A stretch of DNA of 64,000 bases from Diplonema japonicum (taxonomy: Eukaryota; Protista; Euglenozoa: Diplonemea). Each line of letters begins with the position of its first letter. Position 1 is the stretch's first letter. A program made the translations under genes and the position numbers. Shown in pieces: positions 11,259-22,363 of the stretch. The stretch lies in NCBI GenBank assembly GCA_964019335.1, contig OZ025685.1:372001-436000 (forward strand). Direction: 5' to 3'. The notes beneath the pieces are model-generated. The model saw only the letters and a list, made by a program, of their open reading frames with translations, was not told the DNA's origin and did not search any database.

Positions 11259-11510
11259 GGGACAGCAGAGGACCAAGGTCTGAACTATTGCAGTCCCCTT
11301 AAACGAGTCAAGTGAAAGGGAATGGATCTGTACTTTTTACTCCCTCACGGCATGATGAACAGCACAATGGTAACGGAAGAAATAGTGAACCAAGTGATTG
11401 TTTAGCAGTACTTACGTAAATACCGAAACTTAGCAGTTTTTTTCTCCAGCAAATGATGGCAGTGGGATAGAAACACCTACCTCTCCTTGACTCAGTTCAA
11501 ATTCCCTCTC

Positions 11511-11551
<41 letters not shown>

Positions 11552-13462
11552 CAATTTTTTTTCTTTTTCTTGTTGTATTATCTAGCTTTTTTTTTTTTTT
11601 TTTTTCAATGAAGAAAAAAAAAAAAAATAAATAAATAAGAGAATAGAAAAAAAAGATCCCCCCCCCCTTACCCCCTGTTGGCCGTCCTTTGAAAAAATTC
11701 CGCCGATTCTAACCCCGCTTTCACGTTTTTTTTTTATAAAAAAGAAAAAAAGAATTGCTTGTACCTTTTTACTCACTGCATACCACTCGTTCTATTTTTT
11801 TTTTTTTTTTTTCCCCTTTTTTTTTCCCCTGTGGTAGAGCCTTTTTGAGATCAGTTGGGGATTTGGTAACGGAACCTCTGGGTGGATTTTTGTGCTTTAC
11901 CCTTTCTTGTTCTTTTTTTTTTTCTTTTTTTTTTTCTCGGTGCTTTTTAGAAAATTATATTTTTTTTTGGGCATTGATTTTTCGAAAACCCAGCGAAGAG
12001 CTGTTATTATTTTTTTTTCTCCCTTTCATTTTTTTTTATTCCCGCCTCTATTCCGGTTTTCGATTCTTTTTTTTTTTACTTTTTTTATTTGAAACATCAA
12101 CTACATCAAAAAAAGGGGTACTCTGTACTAATCAGAAAGAAAGAAGAAAAAAAGAAAAAAGAGCATTTCCACTGGAAATGAATATGCAGCATCGATTATT
12201 CCCTTTTTTTTTTTATTTTTATTTTTTTCCCGTTTTTCTCCTATAACAAAAAAAAAGGGGAAAACTGTTTACAAACGGCAAGAAAAAAAAAAAGAAAAAA
12301 AGGGAGGGAAGAGCAATCAACAAGGAGAGGCAGGAAAATTGAAAAAGGAAACCGCTCACCTCCCTTCTTCCAATATATAGTAATTTCCCTCCAAACAATT
12401 TCAGTTTTTTTTTTTTTTTTGTTTTCCCTTTTTTGTTTTCCACCCGGTGAAAGTTATGGCTTCTGCTATAAAAAAAAAAAAAAAAAAAAATATAGAGAGG
12501 CCTTCCCGTGGGCTGGGGAAAAAAAAAAGGGGGGGGAAAAAGAGCGCGGGGCCTTTTTTTGTTCTCCCTCTCCTCTAAAATTTGTTTCCTTTATTTGTTT
12601 ATTTATTTATTTATTTTTTGGTCTGTCAATCACAAAGGAAAACAAATTCGAAAAAAAAAAAGAAAAATCGAACTCCTGGGACACGAGTTTGTGTAGACTT
12701 TACAAAGCTTTGTAAGTTTGCTCATTGGAACCAGGCTTAAGCGAAGGAAAAAAAAAATAATAATAATAATGAAGAAGAAGAGAAACAGACCGACTTCACG
12801 TCACTTTTATTCTTCTATCTTGCATTTAACCTACGATAAGATTTCCCCCTCCTTATTTAGAAAGGGCGGGGTAAAATTAATACAAAAAAAAAAAAAAAAA
12901 AAATACAAAAAATAATAATAAAAAACAAGTGATATTCCTTTCCCAACACTTTGTTATTTATTCTTTTTTTTTTCTTTTCTGATTGTAATTCAGGTGGTAT
13001 CGGAATAGGGGTCAGAGAGGAGGGAAAAGTATACACAGGTTTCTTTCTGTGTTGTTGCACTCCCTCTCCCCCCTCCCTCCCACTTGACCAGTTCGGGAGC
13101 AAATTGTACACCGGTACATGCATTCTGAGCTATTTTACTTGCTTTTTTTTTTCTTCTCCCTTTTTCTATTTTTTTCTTTTAGTACATCCTTCGCAACTCT
13201 TTTTTTTTTTCTCTATCCAACAAGGACTTGGCTTTTTTTTTCTTTTTTTCCTTTTTTTTCCTTTTTTCTTTCCCCCCCCCCATTTCTCCCTACCCTCACC
13301 TTCATTTTTTTTTCTTCACTCATTTTCTTTTTCTTTGTTTTATTTTTTTATCCCAACCCTCGTCCCCCTTGTTAGTTCTTTTCTCTTTTAAAAATATTTA
13401 ATGCGCATCACCACAGTTTTCTAAAAAAAAAACAGAAGAAAACCCCCCCTCGCTACGAAACC

Positions 13463-15751
13463 ATGGGACGGACACTGTTGACAGCAACCCTCATCTTGGG
13501 GCTGCTTTCGGGGTGCGCGGAGGCGCATTTGAACGTAGTGTGCACCGCCACATCGAAGCAGCAGCCCAACACCTTCGCCTTCTGGTTCATGACCTACTAC
13601 CATTCAGGCGAGGATGTCCCTCCCGGCCAGGTCCACATCCAAGACCCCAGCGCCCGTGTGATCTCGGCCTCGTTCTCGAACGTTTGCAAGCCGAATGCCG
13701 ACAACCTTCCTTATGCAGGGTCGCCCGTGCAGGCCTTTGAGGATGTGCTGAAGACCCACTGCCTGGATTCAAGGGACCCCAACGGGAGGGTGCCTATCTT
13801 CCCGGACAGTGCGGTGGAGTGCTACAACGCGGACACCAACACGGGGCTCTCGAACTACGCGGTGGGGCTTCGGGGCAATCAGGAGGTGCTGACCGACCCT
13901 TACTTCGCGCGCAGAACCATGGTGGACTACTACTTCGTTGTTGTGGACAACCAGTTCGTCGAGACGGGGAGCTACAAGACGCACTTCACGGACACGGACG
14001 AAAACCTCGACCCCTGCCACGACGGCTACCCCTGTTCTTTGAGGAGGCACGCGTGGACCTTTGAGATCTCGGTCATCACCGGGCCCCCCCGCTGCACCAC
14101 CCCGCCGCCTCCCTCCGCCACGACTAACGTCGTTTCCGGGTCGCTAGCGTCGTGCGACGGGAGCTCCCGTGTGATCGAGGCGGGGTCGCTGTGCCACGCG
14201 CAGTGCAACCCCGGGTACGAAAAGATTGGGGTCCTGGAGTGCATGGAGCAGCAGGACGGGACGGCGGCCTGGAACCCCGGGTTCAGCTGCACCAGCAGCA
14301 CGGTCTGCCAGCTCCCCTCTTCCGGCAACAACGGGGGCATCGATGCCGGGATTGTCGGGGTTGCGTCCCCCTGCTCCACTTTGAACGCTGTTGGGACGAC
14401 GTGTTTCTACACCTGCACCGGGTTCGACCACCAGCAGAGCGTGGGGAAGATCCTGTGCTCGACAACCGCGACGGGAGCGGCGGTCTGGGTCACCGACCCG
14501 GCTACCGCCTCCGACTACGACGGCTGCAGCTGGACGGTGGCTCCCACGCCGCAGCCCACCCCGGTGCCCGCTCCGTTCTGGGTGACCGGCTGCTTCTCCG
14601 ACTCGATCTCAAACAGGTTGCTGCCGCACCTCGCCTACAGGGGCGACGAGAACACGGTCGAGTTGTGCGCCGAGAAGTGCCATGCCGGGGGATACACCTT
14701 CTCGGGGGTGCAGTATGGGACGGAGTGCTGGTGCGGCGACGACGTGTCGAGAGGGGTGCGCCAGAGCGACGAGGACTGCGAGGAGCTGGCGTGCACGGGA
14801 GACTCGAAAACGAAATGCGGCGGGGGGTACAGGATGAAGGTGCACCAGTACACGCTGCCGTCGCCGCCAATCAGCCACCCCCTTGTCTGGGAAGGGTGCT
14901 ACGAGGACAGCGCCTCCTCCAGAAGGCTCACCTTTCTCTACACCGACATCGAGGAGCTCACCAGGGAGGAGTGCACGACCCTTTGCAGGCTGAGGGGGTA
15001 CAAGTTCTGCGGGCTGCAAGCGGGGAGGGAGTGCTGGGGTGGGAACGACCTCTCCACGTCGACCCGGACCGACCCTGAGAGGTGCGACGTGCGGTGCAAG
15101 AAGGACGGCCTCATTTGCGGCGGGTCCCATGTCAACACCATCTGCAGCCTGTCTCCCATTCAGCCCGCTCCCGTGAGCCCTGTTCTGGAGGGTTGTTTCA
15201 AGGACAGCTCTGCGAGAAGGCTCCCCCACCTCGCCTTTTCCTCGTCGGGGGTGACGGTCGAGGAGTGCTCGAAGACCTGCCAGCACAACGGGTACACCTA
15301 TGCAGGGGTGCAGTGGAGCGACGAGTGCTGGTGCGGGAACGACTTGACCACCTCGAAGAGAACGACCATCTCGGAGTGCTCCGAGCCCTGCCAGGGGGAC
15401 AGATCCGTGGCCTGCGGCGGGAGTTACAGGAACAGGGTGTACGCGGTGCAAGCTGTCCCTGCAAAGGACCCTGTGACCTACCTCGGCTGCTTCCGGGACT
15501 ACTCCTCCAACAGACAGCTCGACACACGGGCGTACAAAGACGGGACCGGGAACACCATCGAGGAATGCACCAAAACCTGCCAGCACAACAGGTACCTGTA
15601 CGCGGGGCTCCAGTACAGCAGCGAATGTTGGTGTGGGAACACCCATCCTACAACCCCCGCATCTGAGGGAAGGTGCAACAAGCGCTGCTCCGGGGACAGC
15701 ACCTCGTATTGTGGTGGGGGTTGGCACATGGGCCTTTACCTTGTTAAATAG
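13463..15751 (+). CDS. Secreted protein: signal peptide, unknown N-terminal domain, two sushi/CCP-like Cys modules, four WSC carbohydrate-binding domains
   Basis: Signal MGRTLLTATLILGLLSGCAEA. Four repeats of GC(F/Y)xD...C...C...GY.(F/Y).G.Q...ECW(C/G)G...C...C....CGG. GC-rich coding bias. Confidence 0.88.
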   Translation: MGRTLLTATLILGLLSGCAEAHLNVVCTATSKQQPNTFAFWFMTYYHSGEDVPPGQVHIQDPSARVISASFSNVCKPNADNLPYAGSPVQAFEDVLKTHCLDSRDPNGRVPIFPDSAVECYNADTNTGLSNYAVGLRGNQEVLTDPYFARRTMVDYYFVVVDNQFVETGSYKTHFTDTDENLDPCHDGYPCSLRRHAWTFEISVITGPPRCTTPPPPSATTNVVSGSLASCDGSSRVIEAGSLCHAQCNPGYEKIGVLECMEQQDGTAAWNPGFSCTSSTVCQLPSSGNNGGIDAGIVGVASPCSTLNAVGTTCFYTCTGFDHQQSVGKILCSTTATGAAVWVTDPATASDYDGCSWTVAPTPQPTPVPAPFWVTGCFSDSISNRLLPHLAYRGDENTVELCAEKCHAGGYTFSGVQYGTECWCGDDVSRGVRQSDEDCEELACTGDSKTKCGGGYRMKVHQYTLPSPPISHPLVWEGCYEDSASSRRLTFLYTDIEELTREECTTLCRLRGYKFCGLQAGRECWGGNDLSTSTRTDPERCDVRCKKDGLICGGSHVNTICSLSPIQPAPVSPVLEGCFKDSSARRLPHLAFSSSGVTVEECSKTCQHNGYTYAGVQWSDECWCGNDLTTSKRTTISECSEPCQGDRSVACGGSYRNRVYAVQAVPAKDPVTYLGCFRDYSSNRQLDTRAYKDGTGNTIEECTKTCQHNRYLYAGLQYSSECWCGNTHPTTPASEGRCNKRCSGDSTSYCGGGWHMGLYLVK

Positions 15752-16573
15752 GCTCCTTGATGCAGGGGAAAAAAAGAGAAAAAAATGAAAACTGCGTTTT
15801 AATGAACAACGACAACAACTGTTTGTTGTTCAGAAGCGCATTATAGCAGTATAGTGGCTGTTTCTTTCCCCCTTTCCCCCCCTTTTTTTTTTGAGAATCC
15901 TCGCGTACTTCGGTAAGTTTCGGAGATAATCTTGGATTATCCAAAAAGAAAAAAAAAAAAAGAATTACTCTCCTACCCCGTGTTCACAAAGCCACTATAT
16001 TTTTGCTTCATCTATTCCCCCCCCCCTTTTTTTTAATCCTCGCTGCTGCTTTCGGTTAGTTTCGAAAAGGCAACTTCTATTCAAAAAAAGAAGAGGGGAA
16101 AAAAATGTAAAAACGATTTTCCTCATTCACCCTCCCCGTGTCCACAAAGCTAGCTTGTCTTCCTCCATTTTTTTTTTTTTATCTCCAAGACGGAGCTCAA
16201 CTATGGGTTGGTGAAATGCAGAAATGCATACCTTAAAAGAATAAATTTGATTTTTTTTTATTTCTTTTTTGGAACAAGACCGCCCCTCCCTGGTTGCGTA
16301 AGGCAATCCTGACTGTTTTGTGAAAGCGGTTTCTCTTATCTATAGCATCTGGTTATTATTTGCTCCCTTTATGGAGCACATGATTGCTGGAGTGCCCAGG
16401 ATCAAGAAAAGAGAAAAAAATGGTGGGAAAAAAAAAAAAAAACAAACTCAACCTCCACCCTGTCCCTGCGCGACGAAACGAATGTTTGACCAGAGTTTCT
16501 TTTTCGCCAGCTCCCCCTTCCAGATAAAGGCGAGTTAACTGTTTTTTTTTTTTTTTTTTCTTTATCGTCATTG

Positions 16574-18070
16574 ACTTTGAGGCGTCCTGCCACATACCGC
16601 AGGTACCCTTAAATGTCTCTCTTTTTTTCGCATGCTGCAGTGGAGCCCACATGGTTCAGTCTCAAGGATAGAGCTCGCACTCGACTTTGAGGCCACGACC
16701 AAACAGCTCATCTTGGAAGATACGGCTGACGTACGTAAGCGTGCAAACCGGCTAGCTAAAGTTCTGACAAAACTGTCAGAGGTGGCCGAAGAGAAAGCAC
16801 GACCCCCTCCTATCCCCGGGAAACCTTTCTTGACATCCTCCCTCCGATCCATTGGTGCAAACAAACGGATCCGAGGGTATACCTGCAGACCCACATTCGC
16901 ATCGTACGACAAGGTGCGCTTCATCCTCGAACAGCGACTCGCAACCGGTTCACCGGGGAGAGACGACTGGAGCGACAAGTTCGTGCCGACCTACCTCGAA
17001 CCTACCCGAAGTATCACCCCATCTGCCGATAAAAATGCAGCGACGCAGAAGGGTAACAACACAAGATAGACCCCCCACCACGCTGCACACTTAACGCCAA
17101 ATAGTGTTGCAACCAAAGCCCCATTTTTTTTTTTTTTTTTAGCGTGTGAACAAGAGACCAACAACAGACGAAGTCACATGCGACGCGTGCGGTGCGGAGG
17201 AGGACGAGAGCAACATGCTGCGACACGCATTATGGAAATGCAGTGTGGCGAAGGAGGTGCAACAGAAGGAAGTACATGCAGAAGTAGTGGCCAACAAGAC
17301 GGAAATGCCAATCTGCATGCAGCTACATGGAACGCTCCCGCGTGGTCACCGAACACACCAACACCGGCTGAGGAAGACGCAATACTACCTGCTGGAAGTG
17401 GTGGCAAAACGGGACCAGCTTCTCCAGGACAAGAGAAAGCTAGAAACGTACACGACACCCCTGGGAACAGATAACGGAAGGAAACGCTCATGCGCCACCT
17501 GAATGGAAGGAGCTGAGGAAGCATGTGAGCGGGAGCCTGATGATGAAGCACGGTGAAGACATCGTCAAGTGGCTCAAAAAGCTGAAGTGGTACGATGGAC
17601 CGAGGAAGACGACAGTCACCACAATGGAACTCGTACTAGACTTCGAGAACACGCTGGGCGTCGAGCCGATCACGGGGAAGAAGGGTGATCTAGACATGAT
17701 ACAGAAGAAAGCGCGGAGTTTCCACGGCCTCCTGGAAAGAATCCAAGAAGGGTGGGACACAGCACGCATACAGAAGAAGGTCAGAGGCAAGCGAATCTTC
17801 CCAGCGGAGAGCAAGAAGAACCACGCGCTTAGAACCATAGGTGCGAAGAAGAGTCTGGGATGGAACAGAAGGCCAGTTTTTGCATCAGAGAAAACCAAGA
17901 AGGACCTTAAGAAACTGGGCAGAAAGTGGCAAGAAGAAAGGGAGGATACTTTGAGAAAGGCAACACAGCCAAAAAAGAAAGAAAGGCCGAGGCCCCAGAA
18001 GGGAGAAAGGGGTAGATAAGTAGAGACAAGGGGGACGTTCCAAAACAGGAACCTCCTTTATCTCATCTCT
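16574..18070 (+). mobile_element. Two tandem 5'-truncated non-LTR retrotransposon 3' ends inside one TSD
   Basis: CCHC knuckle CDAC...HALWKC (17146-17502). ORFs 16632-17069 and 17525-18019 are mutual homologues (ELALDFE/ELVLDFE; LRSIGA..RPTFAS/LRTIGA..RPVFAS). Direct repeat CTTTATCGTCATTG at 16560-16573 and 18090-18103. Confidence 0.7.
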
Positions 18071-18915
18071 TTTTTTTTTTTTTTTCTTTCTTTATCGTCA
18101 TTGCTATGGACAGTTCCTCTTTTTTTTTTTTTTTAAATCTTCATCCCTCTCTTTTCCCTCCTTTGTCGGGGGCACACTCGGTGCCATCAGCTATTTTCTT
18201 TTTTTTCCCGTCTGCTTTTTTTTTTTTTCTTTTTTTTTTTCATGGATTCAATAAAGACTGTACTGATATTCTTTGCCGTGTATACCCTGACAGGAAGCGT
18301 TTTCTTTCTTTCTTTTAAGTTCTAGAGGGCACGCAAAGACCTTTGGCCGGGTCTAGGTGAGTAACGACACCTCCCCTTACGCGAGTCATTTCAGGGAAGT
18401 CTGTGTCAGAGGGTGATCCTCACCCAGGCACAGACAGACCTCTCAAAACAGGGGTAGCATGGATCGCATTTTGGCTCGCAAAAGAAAAAGATGCCCCCCA
18501 CCCCTACCGCGAGGAAACGGGGACCAGGCACGCCATGTCTGAGAGGTGGCGCCACACACGTTAAGAAGCTCACTCCAAATGTGTTGACCGGCACCCTTGG
18601 AGCCGACTGTGGTGGTCGTACTGGGCGCCGTTTGGCTTGTGTCACCTTGACGTTAAACGATCGAATTCTTTTCTATTTTATTCTTCTTTTTTTTCTTTTT
18701 TTTCTAGCACCATGTCGAATTTCTGGTTTCTGTCATTCTCCCTCTTTCCCACCCTTTTTTTCTCTTTACAGTGAGCACTCCCCCTGCACACTGATACTTT
18801 ATTGAACTTTTTTTTTTATTTCTTGTATTTGCTATTTACTAGAGAGAGACAATTATTTACACACACACATACACACAGTCCTCACCCCTCCCTCTCTTTC
18901 CACTTAATGCTTTAA

Positions 18916-19418
18916 ATGAGTACTCAGCTCTGTATCCCGAGCGAGGTGTTGCAGCATATATTTTTATTTTGCGCTGGAGAGGAGTTACGGGTTGCCCGCA
19001 GAGTGTGTGGGAAGTGGTACGACGCACTCTTGAGTCATGGAAGGGTGTGGACTGAAGTTAAAAAAGTTCGACCCATGCAATGCCCCCTCGAAATATATGG
19101 GTACGAGTGTCTAGACTTGCCCAAGATGGGCCGTGCAGGGGTGACTATTCAGTTGTGTATTTCTGGGCCTCAGAAGCCTTGTCATATTGATCTACTCAGA
19201 GGTGAGGCCAACTGTCCTGATTGGGTCACAACTGCGACTAGTACACCAGCTCCTTCTTCGCTGACGCTTTCAATCACAAGCACCTCCTGTACTTCCAGTG
19301 CGGGTGATGTTTCTTGTTTCCCCCTGTCGCCTTCACATATCGGAATTCTCCCCTTTGATAGAAGGGGGGTGACTCTGACAGACTACTCATTCTCGAAGAA
19401 CGGCGAACTTTTTAGTTG

Positions 19419-19419
<1 letters not shown>
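18916..19419 (+). CDS. F-box domain protein
   Basis: N-terminal LCIPSEVLQHIFLFC...RVARRVCGKWY...W F-box consensus. Confidence 0.7.
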
Positions 19420-19451
<32 letters not shown>

Positions 19452-21513
19452 GCGATCAAAAAAAAAAAAAAAGAAATCTGTGAATATAAAAAAAAATACT
19501 GTTAAAAGGGACTTTTTTTTTTCTCCTTTTTCCGGGACCTCTTTTCTTTGTGATGCGTGAAAAAAGAATCTTTTTTTTTTTTTTGCCACCCCTTGCTCTA
19601 CAGTGCTTGCTACGGGCACTGGAGAATTAGAAAGAAGAGGAAAAATACATATGTCCCGATATATAAAAAAACCCCCCAATAAAAAAAGAGGCTTACAGTA
19701 GGTATTATTTTTTTTTTCATAAAAGAAAAAAGCGTGGCATGACTCATTCTTTTTTTTGCCTCTCCCTCTTTCCCCTTTTTCTTTTTTCTTCTACCTCTTA
19801 AGTTCGGTGTCCCAACACCCGGACACGGCAAAGAAGGGAAAAAAAAAAAAAAAAGTGTCAATGAGGGCTTTTCTCAAGGATACTCTTCCCCCCCCCTTTT
19901 TTTTAATGTGGTGGGAATAACATAAAAATATAAGAACCATCAGATGTGTTGTTCGCTGTTGACCTCCTGTCGGTCATCACCGGTAGCGCCCGAGTGGAAG
20001 AACGTAATGCAGATATCAAACTGCACGAGCGCAGAATCTTGGTTTACCCGGGACGCCCCAGCTGGGGTTGAGATGTACACGGCACGCATTAAGGACACGA
20101 CGCGGAACGCAGAAGAAGCTACAACTCGGCCGCGGTGCGCCCCCTGTAATCAAGTAGACAGTTTTTTGTGCCGCCAACACTGGCCTCTTGACTCATATAT
20201 ATTTTTTTTTTCTCTTCTTCTTTTGTGTATTAACAATGGTATATTGTCAGTACTAACGAATATACGCTGGATCCTTATATACAGGGGGGTTTTTTTTTCT
20301 TTCTTTCTTTTTTTTCCTTTCTTCTTTTTAAGGAAGCATGGGTATGCATCAACCAAGATGGGTCTCTAGAACCTAGAAACAGTCGGCTTAGAGGGGGTGC
20401 AGTTTCATAAAGGCTCAAAAGGCCAAAACGAAGGTGTACTGTTCTTCTCTTTTAACACAAACAAAAGAAATAAATATAATAGAAAAAAAAAAAAGAAAAA
20501 AAAAAAAAACCATTTCACTTCCCACAGAGGGCTGGGGTGGCCGTCAGGAGGAGAAATGCATACAAGGCACACAAGCAATGCATCAGGATGCCACTGCCGC
20601 CTGTGCGGACATCTAATATTTCGTGCTTGGGGAATTCTTTTTTCCCGGAATGAGTCTCATCGTCGCATTCTTTTTTTGAAAGGGGTATTTAAAAAAAAAA
20701 AAAGAGGGGGAAAAAAATCTCTTCTTGGGATGCCCCACTATGGTTTGCTTTTTTTTTTTTTTTTTTTTTTTTTTTTGAACCCCCTTTTTTTTATTACTAT
20801 GTCCCGCCATTCTTTTTTTTTTTTTTTCATAACTTTTTCTTGAAAAGGAGGTGAGGGGGGATGAATAGGAAAAGTGCCGCATCCCCGACCCCTTCCCGTT
20901 CTTGAAATCAACATAATATTGCCCACCAAGCTAGTTGAGGCTGTGCTTTTTTTTTGGAGAGAAGAAAAGAAAAAAAAGAAGAAACAAAAAAAGAAAAAAC
21001 AAGGGCGCTTTGAATTCAAAACGCATTTTTTGTTCTCTCCCCCCCCCCCCCCCGCATATTCGTATTCAAAAAAAGAAAAGAGAGAAAAAACCACAAAACA
21101 CACACAAATATTTTATTCATTTTTTTTTTCTCGCTGCCGTGGGTTTTATTTCCCCCCCCTTTTTTTTTCTTTTTCTGATTCTACCTCTCTTCCTCTCCCC
21201 CCCAATGACAAATAGCGAACAAAGCATCCCCCATCTACACGCAATAGTCCAAATATAAAATCGTCAAAAAAAAAAGGTTTTTTTTTTATCCCCTCTTTTT
21301 TTTTGCCAAAGGCAGCATTGATTGTCGATAGCCGATCCTGTCACATATACTGCAGGCTCCCTTCAACAGACACCTCCCCCCCCCCCCCGCCTTCTCTGCC
21401 CTTATTTCTTGGGATGGGGAGGGGAAATTTTTTTTTGAAAAATTATTCTTTGGATGAAAAAAAAAAAAAAAAAAAAAAAAAAAACAAAGGAAAGGGAGGA
21501 AGGGGTGCGCGAG

Positions 21514-22170
21514 ATGCCATCTCACACGGACCCTATGGGGTTGGCACTGATGCACCAAATGCCAAAGCAGGTAAAGCTGAATGTCAATTGTGAAAAGGGA
21601 CCTAATTTGGACGAACTGCAAATAGCTGCGAAGGTGGGGAGGGGCCTGGGGGCCGGCGAGCGTAAAACTTTTTACAGAAAGGTCTTCGGTTGGCGGGGGG
21701 TGGGCGTGGGAGGGGAGGGCACCGGCGGCAGACCGGTGTCAAGAAGGAGAGTAGGAGGAAAGGACTCCCCGTTGCCAGAGCCACCAGTTGTTTCTGATGA
21801 TGAGGGTGACGATTTTCCAGCTCGCGCTGATGAAGCGCCTGTTCTGCGATGCGTCTCACTTTCCTCTCAGTGGCCGGCAGCGTCCGCTGAAACTCATTCT
21901 TCCCTGCACCCCTTACTAGCGCAGCTTACTCACGCCGACAGGCTTCTTCTACACACTTTCATCACTTCTCTCTTGTCCGTTCGCTCCCAATCGAGAAGCA
22001 ACGAGCCTGTCCCCCAGCACTTCCCTCTACACCCCTCGGATTCGTCGTCTGACGAAAACCCCGCACGCCCTATGATGTCACCACCAGATGATGCCACGTC
22101 CTCCTCACACAGCCTAGAGGACCACTTCATTACTATGCTGAATAATGAACGCGAGAGAGCAGGGCTATAA
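21514..22170 (+). CDS. Hypothetical low-complexity protein (exon structure uncertain)
   Basis: Open GC-balanced frame between homopolymer spacers; a possible G-rich intron near 21633-21677 was not resolved. Confidence 0.45.
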   Translation: MPSHTDPMGLALMHQMPKQVKLNVNCEKGPNLDELQIAAKVGRGLGAGERKTFYRKVFGWRGVGVGGEGTGGRPVSRRRVGGKDSPLPEPPVVSDDEGDDFPARADEAPVLRCVSLSSQWPAASAETHSSLHPLLAQLTHADRLLLHTFITSLLSVRSQSRSNEPVPQHFPLHPSDSSSDENPARPMMSPPDDATSSSHSLEDHFITMLNNERERAGL

Positions 22171-22241
<71 letters not shown>

Positions 22242-22363
22242 CGTTCTTTTTTTTTCATACCCCCCTTCCCCCCCTTTTTTTTCCCCCGCTTTTTTTTTCT
22301 TTTTTTTTTTTTCTTCCTGAAAAACTCAAAAAGAAAAGGACACACACAAATAATTATTAAAAA

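Noticed and set aside
11253-11303. TTAAAGGGGACAGCA...TGCAGTCCCCTTAA hairpin, possible Kolobok-like remnant
   Set aside because: Too short and single-copy in the window to support a call.
11320-11340. TCTGTACTTT matches (also about 55125) as spliced-leader RNA gene fragments
   Set aside because: Only about 10 nt of similarity, without the rest of an SL exon or a donor site.
10166-13391. Many poly-Phe/poly-Lys ORFs here and in other spacers
   Set aside because: Translations of A/T homopolymer tracts with no coding complexity.
14152-15727. Long overlapping ORFs within the WSC gene (308 aa on +, 372 aa on -)
   Set aside because: Expected by-product of high GC3; no recognisable domains.
15890-16190. 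Degenerate ~150-bp tandem duplication downstream of the WSC gene
   Set aside because: Visible but low identity, with no evidence of function.
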